Positions 29,485 to 37,666 of a stretch of 64,000 nucleotides of DNA are shown one piece after another. Source of the stretch: a bacterium. Lineage in GTDB: Bacteria; Zhuqueibacterota; Zhuqueibacteria; Residuimicrobiales; Krinioviventaceae. Under the pieces are notes generated by a model that was not told where the DNA came from, did not search any database, and worked only from the letters and a program-made list of their open reading frames with translations. The stretch's first letter is position 1. The number at the start of each line of letters is the position of its first letter. The stretch lies in assembly GCA_963693055.1 (NCBI GenBank), contig OY843751.1, forward strand, positions 6,304,001-6,368,000, given 5' to 3'. The position numbers were made by a program, and so were the translations under genes.

Positions 29485-30503
29485 TTATTTGAGATGTATT
29501 GCTTTAATTGTGTCTATATGCTTTTTGTCTATTTCCAGCCGGTAAAAATAAATACCGGATGGTAAAGTTGATCCATCCCATATTACTGTGTTTTCATTTT
29601 CAGATGGATAGAACGATTTTACTTTTTGTCCTAATATGTTGAAAATTGTGATTTCCGCGTTTTTCGATTTACCGGAAAACTGAATTGTTGTTTTATTGTT
29701 AAAAGGATTGGGATAGTTTTGATATAATACTGGAATGCTTTACCGGGATTGTCAAAAAGAAAACAATGGTCCAAAGCTGCGTCAGATTCATTGAACATTA
29801 AAACCGGTTGACTGTGAGAGTGCCCAAATTCTTTTTCCTGGTCAGCGCCTCCGTTATTGAAAATACAAAAAGACAGATTTGCAGTGGTATTGATATATTC
29901 TATTCCTCCCCAGGCAATATTCGTTTCATATGCATTAAAATATACAGGTTTGTCTTTTGAGCCTTCAATTAACAGTTTCCCATAAACCAGTAGATTAACC
30001 GTGTTATTCAAAAGTACAATTGTGCCTTCCTGAATTATCTATTCATCACTTGCCTGAATAGTGAGGTCGCTGTCAACGATATAACAGGTATCGCTTTTCC
30101 ACTCTGTAAATCCGTTCAGTTGACCACTGACATGCTTTTCAGGGAGTGTGATAAAATTTATGGTTTTTCTTTCTGTAATATTTTCAATTTCGAATATAAA
30201 TGTATTTTGCATTCCCGTTTCAATGATTGCGCACCCGGTCCCTTTTTTTAGGAAAAAGTCTTTACTGCTGGTTTGTTTGTTAAATGCCAGGGCATAGCTT
30301 TGTTTGGTATTGTTGCCAAAAAACAGGTTGTTCTTTTTGGGGAGGACAATAACAGGTAAAGGGCAGTTTTGACAAATCTGGTGCAATGTTATGAATTCAT
30401 ATTCAGAGACAAAGTATGTATTGGGATCGATGGAATTATCTCTTGAACAATTGGCCAGAACCAGAAGGGACAAAAATAATATATTATATAGCTTGTTCAT
30501 CAT
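29485..30503 (-). pseudogene. Disrupted beta-helix lipoprotein gene (in-frame TAG at 30039-30041) joined out of frame to an orphan CTD (29485-29739)
   Basis: ORFs 30503-30042 and 30038-29631 share a frame across a single TAG; another frame reads SIPVLYQNYPNPFNNKT...GIYFYRL...KAIHLK*. Confidence 0.75.
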
Positions 30504-33127
30504 TTAAACAGTACTGCCTTTTTAGTATCTACTATATTGTTATTTACAACCAATTGATAAAAATATACACCTGAACTTTGATTGATGGTGTTCCAGGTAA
30601 CCATAAAAGTATTTGTTGGTGGTGTGAGTGATTCAACAAGCTGTCCGGTTATGTTGTATATTTTTATTTCAACTTTTTGATTTAATTTTGTAATAAAGCT
30701 GATATGGGTTTTTTCGTTAAAAGGATTTGGGAAATTTTGTCGCAGGTACGAATTATTTGCAGGCTGCGCCGTTGTATCGATTTTACTGTACCTGCTGTTA
30801 AAAGCACACGGACTACCAAAATTTTCAGAAGCTGCCCAATGTTGTGCTACATTATTGTCAAGTAATGGGTTGATTAATTCAAGGGTTGCACCACTGCCAT
30901 CCGGACTTTCGGGCCAGGGTGCGTGATCGTCAAACGCCACAGAATCTATGGTGTTGTGTAACGCATCATAGAGGATAAGTTGTTCTCCGGAAGCACTTAG
31001 TTTGAAATCCATTTCACCGATGATTTTTTCTACATTTGGAAAACCCGATTCAAAGTCATCCATGTCTGAACAGATAATCATAAAATCGTTGGGAAGGATA
31101 GTAGTGTTTGCAGGAAAACGGTACATGTTTTCCGAATTTCCATCGGAAATTGACCAGTAAGAGATATCCGTAACAGTATTGTTGGGGTTGTACAATTCAA
31201 GCCAGTCACCAACATCAAACGCTTCTGCCGAGTTGTAATTGATTTCATTGATTACAATGGTTGCGAACTCACTATTAATGGGTTCATAATGAGTACAAAG
31301 CTTTGATGTGATTTTTGTTTGAGCTGGAGAAAATAAAGCAATTGAGTCATCTATGGCTATGTCAAACAATGCATTACCGATTGTTTTTTCTTTGGTTATG
31401 GTTGCCATTGAAAGTTCGGTGTCTGATGAAATATAAAGACTTTTTTTAGCCTGAACTATTGTGCCTTGCGGAATGAGAAATTGGTTCCAATATTCTCCGG
31501 ATTGAAGCGTGCAGTATGAAAGATCAATATCTTTATCAGAGTTGTTGTGCAGTTGAACCGTATAGTCATTATCTATTTTATAAATACTACCGAGTTGAAT
31601 GTTTTGTTTTATATTCATTTCTTCATCAAACAGACGAATTGCATGAGAGTGGGAACTGTTGAATTTTATATAAAAGTGTCCGTTTGCCGGGTAATCATAA
31701 TTTTCAATTGAGAAATAATACGGCAAGAGCTGTGGAGAAAAATTTTTAAATTCAACCTGACAGCCATACAAGAGATCACCAGCTAAGCTGTCATTATGAT
31801 TGCCATCATCATACATGGGAAATGTTTTTAAATAAAATCCGGACGTGCCTGCCCAATCCATATCTTTAATGATATTCAATTTTATATTCTGGGGTTGAGA
31901 GGATTTGACCTGAAATGTGACTGTGGAATCGGGAGTGGGAAATGGATTGGAACAATAAAAGTTTGCAACTTGTGGTCTGTTAAATGTAGTTTTGGTTTTC
32001 AGGAATTCTTTACGCTTTGTAAAAAAGGATTTTAATTCTATAATTGAATCGTCAAATTCCTGATTTGTACATCTTTTAAAGGTGTCATTGTAAATATCTG
32101 GTTGTATTCGAGTTACGTCATTGTCTATTTCAGAAAGCAGGTGCGAAAATTTTTCGTCAATGATGGATTGAACAGTATTCCAGAACATTATTTTGTATTT
32201 TTCATGCTCTAACAGTCTTTGAAAGAGGAGCTGATTTTTTAAAGGGCTGTCATAATAAAATGTCTCATAATCTTGAATGTATTCACCTTTCCAGGAAAAA
32301 CCCCAGGCTGCATCATTGTCCCATGGAAAGATCTCCCAAAGATCTGTTTTGGGATTTAAATAAAAGAACAAATTTTTTGTAAAACAATCATAACTGGATA
32401 TTACAAATTCAATCGCAAAATAGTTGATAATATTTTCAACATTAACCATGTTTTCAATGTTGTTGACAAAATCCGTATTATTGTAATAATATAGCTTGTT
32501 TAAAAGAGTTATCAGCTTTTGATAATCTTTTGGGTCACCAATTTTTTGTTCCCATGAGATGGGATATTCCCCAAAGTGACAAAGGGGAGCCATGTTGGCG
32601 CTATGGTTTATAGCTTTAAACAAGCTGTTTTTTTGACGGTCATTATCTTTTAAAAAGTATTCATCAATGTTTTGTATACATAGGTATACGCCTCTAAATT
32701 CATTATTAACATATAGTTTGATGTGTTTAGTTTTTGGAGCAGGAAAGCCCATGCTTTTATAAAGATTGTTTGTCAGGTGATTTCGAAGCATTGTGTTGTC
32801 AATATATTCTGCGTTGAGATTTAACTTTTCACAATCAAAATCATTATTGTCACTAAACAAATCAATCTTCCAACTCTTTTTGGGATGGTTGCGAGAAGTT
32901 GCACCTCTGTACCTGACCTGACATTCATAGACTTTATCATCGAAAGCAAGCTGAGCCGGATAATAAATATCATCGTATGGGTTTTTGTCAAGTGTATCAA
33001 GCGATTCCTGGTCAATAATTATATAATATTCTGGAAGCTCATCCGCATATAATAGCGAGATAAATAACATTATAAATAGTGTCATAAAAAAATATAATAA
33101 TTTGAAATTTTTGGGAAATTTTAACAT
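30500..33127 (-). CDS. Secreted CotH-family kinase with lamin-tail domain(s) and C-terminal CTD
   Basis: YRGATSR.HPKKSWKI, LNLNAEYID..LRN, SYD..TKN, PWDND; INEINYN..WLELYN; QNFPNPFN..SGVYFY. Confidence 0.88.
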   Translation of the reverse strand: MLKFPKNFKLLYFFMTLFIMLFISLLYADELPEYYIIIDQESLDTLDKNPYDDIYYPAQLAFDDKVYECQVRYRGATSRNHPKKSWKIDLFSDNNDFDCEKLNLNAEYIDNTMLRNHLTNNLYKSMGFPAPKTKHIKLYVNNEFRGVYLCIQNIDEYFLKDNDRQKNSLFKAINHSANMAPLCHFGEYPISWEQKIGDPKDYQKLITLLNKLYYYNNTDFVNNIENMVNVENIINYFAIEFVISSYDCFTKNLFFYLNPKTDLWEIFPWDNDAAWGFSWKGEYIQDYETFYYDSPLKNQLLFQRLLEHEKYKIMFWNTVQSIIDEKFSHLLSEIDNDVTRIQPDIYNDTFKRCTNQEFDDSIIELKSFFTKRKEFLKTKTTFNRPQVANFYCSNPFPTPDSTVTFQVKSSQPQNIKLNIIKDMDWAGTSGFYLKTFPMYDDGNHNDSLAGDLLYGCQVEFKNFSPQLLPYYFSIENYDYPANGHFYIKFNSSHSHAIRLFDEEMNIKQNIQLGSIYKIDNDYTVQLHNNSDKDIDLSYCTLQSGEYWNQFLIPQGTIVQAKKSLYISSDTELSMATITKEKTIGNALFDIAIDDSIALFSPAQTKITSKLCTHYEPINSEFATIVINEINYNSAEAFDVGDWLELYNPNNTVTDISYWSISDGNSENMYRFPANTTILPNDFMIICSDMDDFESGFPNVEKIIGEMDFKLSASGEQLILYDALHNTIDSVAFDDHAPWPESPDGSGATLELINPLLDNNVAQHWAASENFGSPCAFNSRYSKIDTTAQPANNSYLRQNFPNPFNEKTHISFITKLNQKVEIKIYNITGQLVESLTPPTNTFMVTWNTINQSSGVYFYQLVVNNNIVDTKKAVLFK

Positions 33128-33227
33128 TTTCCGCCCGGTGTATGATTTAATATTATTTTAACGAAATCAAAATAATATTAATTTTTTATAAATTATAAAA
33201 TTGCCGTGTATTTATAATACCTGTTCG

Positions 33228-33243
33228 CGCAAAAATTGTTCCA
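33228..33243 (-). promoter_or_regulatory. sigma54 (-24/-12) promoter candidate for the CotH-VTC operon
   Basis: Minus strand TGGAACAATTTTTGCG (GG-N10-GC). Confidence 0.55.
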
Positions 33244-33391
33244 AGAATTTTATCAATTGGATAGAGAACAAGTAGGATAGAATAAGAATTAAGAAAACAC
33301 AAGTATTGAAATGAAAACGCTAGATTGCAAATCATTTGCGATGAGGGTGTTTGCCTGGGGTATGTTTTTAAAAAAGTATGAACGAACTTTT

Positions 33392-33919
33392 TTATTTTGT
33401 CAACAGCTCCATCATTTCCCGAATGATGGTTTTGCCACGATCTTTGGCATATTCTTTACGTAAGATCTGGTGTACGGTTTCTTTGCTGATTTCACCGGAT
33501 TTGATTTTGGGGCGATATTGTTCAAAAATCTCCTGAAAGGGTTTGGGGCGTGGACCCCAGTTGCCCAGTTCATTTAATTCTCCGTCGAAAAAAACAAACT
33601 TGGGGACGGCCCTGCCACCGTTGGTCAGGTAATTGTCCATGATGTCTGGGTGGTCATCCCGTTCCAGGATGCGAAGTTTTACATTTTCCAATCCTTCAAC
33701 CAGCTTGAATAGCACGGGTAATGTTGCAACCGAGTCTCCACACCAGGGTATGGTAAGTACCATAATGTTCAAGTCTCCGGCGTTTTGGATCAGATTACGG
33801 TCATCATCGTGAATTACGGTCTTATTGTAATGATGCTGATGCAGTTCAAGCTGCTCGGGATAGTTTTGCAGCATTTCGTTAAATGTATAGCCTTGCTCAA
33901 ACCGGGTTTTATCAATCAT
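33392..33919 (-). CDS. Thioredoxin family protein (WCGDS, CxxS type)
   Basis: WCGDS, YLTNGGRAVP, WGPRP. Confidence 0.85.
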   Translation of the reverse strand: MIDKTRFEQGYTFNEMLQNYPEQLELHQHHYNKTVIHDDDRNLIQNAGDLNIMVLTIPWCGDSVATLPVLFKLVEGLENVKLRILERDDHPDIMDNYLTNGGRAVPKFVFFDGELNELGNWGPRPKPFQEIFEQYRPKIKSGEISKETVHQILRKEYAKDRGKTIIREMMELLTK

Positions 33920-34070
33920 GTTCTGTCCATTTTTTGTAGTTTTATCTATTAATTTGATGAGATACCTGCTTGCAGGATTCAAAATAGATGCTGTAAATTT
34001 ATATTAATTTAACTTGACATTTTTGTGGTTAATGAATACAATTAAAGAGAAACCAATTTCTGGGGTGTTT

Positions 34071-34859
34071 ATGCAAATTATTGATTTATCAGAAGCACAT
34101 CAACCGCTTTATTTTGTCTGTCTGGAGGACTGGTCGGACGAGATTAGAGATGCGGCTGACCACAAGAAAAACTGGTATCATACCATGAAAGACCGGGGAT
34201 TACGGGTTAAATTGGCAGTGGATGATTCCGGTGAGGTGGGCGGCATGATCCAATATCTGCCCATTGAGGAATCATTTGCCGAGGGAAAAGATTTATACAT
34301 GGTTCTTTGTATCTGGGTGCATGGGTATAAAAAAGGACGTGGAAATTTTCAAAAGCAGGGAATGGGCAAAGCTTTGATTCAAGCAGCAGAAGCTGATGTT
34401 AAAGAACTAGGCGCAAAAGGCCTTGCTGCGTGGGGGGTGGCTATACCGGCATGGATGAAAGCAAGCTGGTTTAAAAAGCAGGGCTATGTCAAAACAGACA
34501 AGCTTGGAGTTCAGGTCCTTTTATGGAAAGCGTTTGACGATAGCGCAGAACCTCCGAAATGGATTCCTCCGAATCGGAAACGGATAACAAATACTGATAG
34601 TCCCGAGATTACCCTTTTTAAAAATGGTTGGTGTCCTGCGTTTAATATGGTTTATGAGCGAACACGGAACATTGCCTCAGAGTATGGAGATATGATACGT
34701 TTGCATGAGATTAATACAACAGATCGCAATACCTTTTGGGAATGGGGCATCTCGGATGGTATTTTTATAAATGGAAAAGAACTGCGTACGGGGCCGCCAC
34801 CCTCTGAAAAAAAGATCAGGAAAAAAATTGCAAAAGCAGTTAAAAAATATAAAAATTAA
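34071..34859 (+). CDS. GNAT acetyltransferase (YoaP-like) with C-terminal thioredoxin-like WCP domain
   Basis: GMIQYLP, LCIWV, FQKQGMGKAL, GWCP. Confidence 0.75.
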   Translation: MQIIDLSEAHQPLYFVCLEDWSDEIRDAADHKKNWYHTMKDRGLRVKLAVDDSGEVGGMIQYLPIEESFAEGKDLYMVLCIWVHGYKKGRGNFQKQGMGKALIQAAEADVKELGAKGLAAWGVAIPAWMKASWFKKQGYVKTDKLGVQVLLWKAFDDSAEPPKWIPPNRKRITNTDSPEITLFKNGWCPAFNMVYERTRNIASEYGDMIRLHEINTTDRNTFWEWGISDGIFINGKELRTGPPPSEKKIRKKIAKAVKKYKN

Positions 34860-34862
34860 GAA

Positions 34863-35870
34863 TCAGGAATTGGCTACCCTGTTGATCTCGTCGTAATGTC
34901 CTTGTGGGTGCAGTTCTTTGGATTTTACATTTTTTTCGTTCACCAGAAAGGCCCTGATCTCTGCGCAAAGCTCGCATTTTGCTACATAGGCATTGTGTTT
35001 TGCTTTGAATCCATATTCTGATTCCGCAAAGGTCAACAGTCCGTTGATTCCATTGTTGTATAATAAAGTAATTAGTGGATAGTCTTGCGGATTCAGTTCT
35101 GATCCCAGATCGCTGGCCTGGATGCCCAAGCCTGTGCAGAGTCCGGGAATGTAATAGCCATACAGATCCACATGGAAGTGACCGGTTTCAGTCAACTCTT
35201 GACAACCGTGATTGCTGTTGCGTAATCGTTCCAGCGGAATCCGTCTGCTGCTGAACGTACGCAGCAGATCAAGCGTTCGGCCGCCGGTAGAGAGCCAATA
35301 GCGGTTTAAAACGCTCTGCGGCCATTGGTCGCCAAACAGGTCAATATATTCCTGCATTTTGTGTTTTCTGTCATCTGGCAGCTTGTCCAGTTCGTCATAA
35401 AAATCGCTGATCCAGGGAAAGATGTTCATACCGGTTTGGTGACAGGCGCGTATAACGCCTTTAACTTTGGCAAGGGGAATATATTCAACATGAAAAGGAC
35501 TGATGGAAACCAGCAGCGTATTCAGTCCATGCGCACGTAAATCGCGTAGCATATCCAGCGCTGAGAGATGATCATGAAACCATGACGAATTGGTTTCCAC
35601 GTATTCAATCGATACACCCAGTTCATTTGCGGCATCCAGCACATTGATTAGCTTGTTGGGGTTAAGCATGGGTTCTCCACCACCAATGTGCAAAGAGTGG
35701 CAACCCAGGGATATTACCGTTTCCAGGTTACTTTTTACAGTATCAGTTGAGATATAGTCATTGTCCCACCGCGGGCTGCAGCGATATAAACAGTGTCTGC
35801 ATATTGAAGAACAGTTGTAGTTTGTGATCAGGCCACCGGAGATCAATCGGCTGATTTTTAAAGGCTGCAT
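34863..35870 (-). CDS. Radical SAM protein
   Basis: CSSICRHC (CxxxCxxC), HIGGGEP, ETN, C-terminal CELC. Confidence 0.85.
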   Translation of the reverse strand: MQPLKISRLISGGLITNYNCSSICRHCLYRCSPRWDNDYISTDTVKSNLETVISLGCHSLHIGGGEPMLNPNKLINVLDAANELGVSIEYVETNSSWFHDHLSALDMLRDLRAHGLNTLLVSISPFHVEYIPLAKVKGVIRACHQTGMNIFPWISDFYDELDKLPDDRKHKMQEYIDLFGDQWPQSVLNRYWLSTGGRTLDLLRTFSSRRIPLERLRNSNHGCQELTETGHFHVDLYGYYIPGLCTGLGIQASDLGSELNPQDYPLITLLYNNGINGLLTFAESEYGFKAKHNAYVAKCELCAEIRAFLVNEKNVKSKELHPQGHYDEINRVANS

Positions 35871-35996
35871 AAAATTTTCCTGTTGGGTTTCTATAATAAT
35901 ACGGAAAACCACAAATAAATGCAAACGTTCTAACAAGAAAACGTTTGCTGTTTGGTTGATAATTCTTATTTTAAATTATAACACATTGGGGATATC

Positions 35997-37007
35997 ATGG
36001 TGAAAAAGTTATTAATACTAATCGTTTTTATATCTTTACTATCCTGTTGGAAAAAACAGGACCATGATGTTACACGACCATTGATACCCAGTTACCGGTT
36101 CAGCGGTCAAACTATCGATATTGACAGTGGTGAAATTTTGTCTGGTGTGTCCATACAGATCCGGCAGGTGCATATGCTCTATGAAGTGACCTTTGGCACC
36201 CAGGTTGTTGAATCTGACAGTAATGGAAATTTCGAGTTTGACCCCATCTATCCGGGGACATATTATATTGATTACCAGATTGGGGATTACTGGATTGATG
36301 CCTGGGACAAGCTGGAAATTGCACACAAAGATTCTGCAGTTGTTATAGAAATCCCCAAAATCTTTATGTGTAATGTGTTCAGCACCTCATCCATGTCAAC
36401 GCATCCGGCAATTGCCAGTAATGGTTCACGCCTGGTCAGTAACGAAATGTGGATGGGTGCTTTGACCGGTCAGGAGCCATTGGTGAATGCTGAACTGCTA
36501 CGGAAATACAAGTATAATGTAAATCATTGGGAATTTGAATATTATTTCATGTCCCCGTTTAATAAAAAGAACGTAACGGGAATGACCTATCACCGGGAGG
36601 TTGTACTGGCATGCGTGGGACCGGATTCTTTATATCAATTGGATCTGAATCATTTTACCGTGCAGAGAGCCCATAAAATGACTCAAAATATTAAGGGGCT
36701 CTGTTTAAATATAGCGGATGGACATGTATATTCCTGTTCACAGAATTCAATTTTTAGGCACGATAAAACGGATTTTTCAAATATAACCGAACAGTACACG
36801 ATTGAGGCGAATAATTTACGTGCTATGGCTTATTACAAGGGGATGTATTGTTATGATAATGATCGTTACATTTTACGTAAATTTGATGCAGATATGAACA
36901 CAACAGCATCTTATGTATTGATACGTAAAAGTACAGACCAGCAAGTCAAAAAAGTGTATGATATGACCTTTAGCGGTTATGGGGATTTGTGGGTAACAGA
37001 GCCTTGA
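35997..37007 (+). CDS. Lipoprotein with carboxypeptidase-regulatory-like beta-sandwich and probable beta-propeller
   Basis: Lipobox LLSC; SDSNGNFEF..IYPGTY; beta-repeat C-terminal half. Confidence 0.65.
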   Translation: MVKKLLILIVFISLLSCWKKQDHDVTRPLIPSYRFSGQTIDIDSGEILSGVSIQIRQVHMLYEVTFGTQVVESDSNGNFEFDPIYPGTYYIDYQIGDYWIDAWDKLEIAHKDSAVVIEIPKIFMCNVFSTSSMSTHPAIASNGSRLVSNEMWMGALTGQEPLVNAELLRKYKYNVNHWEFEYYFMSPFNKKNVTGMTYHREVVLACVGPDSLYQLDLNHFTVQRAHKMTQNIKGLCLNIADGHVYSCSQNSIFRHDKTDFSNITEQYTIEANNLRAMAYYKGMYCYDNDRYILRKFDADMNTTASYVLIRKSTDQQVKKVYDMTFSGYGDLWVTEP

Positions 37008-37064
37008 TATCATCGAGTGAAATTTTAGCTCTCAAAGAATTAAGGCTGTATAAGAGAGTTTGAT

Positions 37065-37307
37065 TTATTTTTTATTGATGAGTCCGAGCAGCCACAATAG
37101 CACAACAGCACCTATGGTTGCCATGATAATAGAACCGAGAACACCATAAGCTGCTAATCCCAGTGCATTGAACAGAAATCCTCCAATGACCGCACCGAGT
37201 ACACCTACAATCAGGTTTCCCAGTAATTTACGTTTTTTATCCTTCATGATCTGACCGGCAAGCCATCCCGCGATCAGTCCCACAAGCAGAAATACGACTA
37301 TATTCAT
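37065..37307 (-). CDS. GlsB/YeaQ/YmgE transglycosylase-associated membrane protein
   Basis: GLIAGWLA...NLIVGVLGAVIGG...GAVVLL. Confidence 0.9.
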   Translation of the reverse strand: MNIVVFLLVGLIAGWLAGQIMKDKKRKLLGNLIVGVLGAVIGGFLFNALGLAAYGVLGSIIMATIGAVVLLWLLGLINKK

Positions 37308-37388
37308 GTTAGCCTCCAAATTGTATATATCAGAAAACAGAGCTAGTGGTGAAATTATTCATATAATTGATTATTAAAAAACATCTTT

Positions 37389-37652
37389 TCAGTCATCAAG
37401 AAACAAGTCGTTTGTATATCTGAAAATTTTGATCATGTCTTGTTTGTAAGGAGTTTCGGCAAATATTTTATTTGCCATGAGGATGGTTTTCCAGTCCTGT
37501 TCCGAGAGGTTGTCGAGTTTGATTTTACGCAGTTGCGAGATAACCGCAACAATTTCGAGCTGTTTTTCCATGGGATATTCAGACACCTTGTCTTGAATGT
37601 ATTCCAGATAATTTCTTACGGTCTGGTCAAAAAAATTCTGGTCAATTTTCAT
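37389..37652 (-). CDS. Small hypothetical protein
   Basis: AGGAG RBS; directly follows the SNF2 gene. Confidence 0.6.
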   Translation of the reverse strand: MKIDQNFFDQTVRNYLEYIQDKVSEYPMEKQLEIVAVISQLRKIKLDNLSEQDWKTILMANKIFAETPYKQDMIKIFRYTNDLFLDD

Positions 37653-37666
37653 GGAGCGCTCCTTTA

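Noticed and set aside
37338-37356. GAGCTAGTGGTGAAA resembling a c-di-GMP-II core
   Set aside because: Wrong strand for the adjacent genes and the other conserved elements (GGGCAC, kink-turn) are missing
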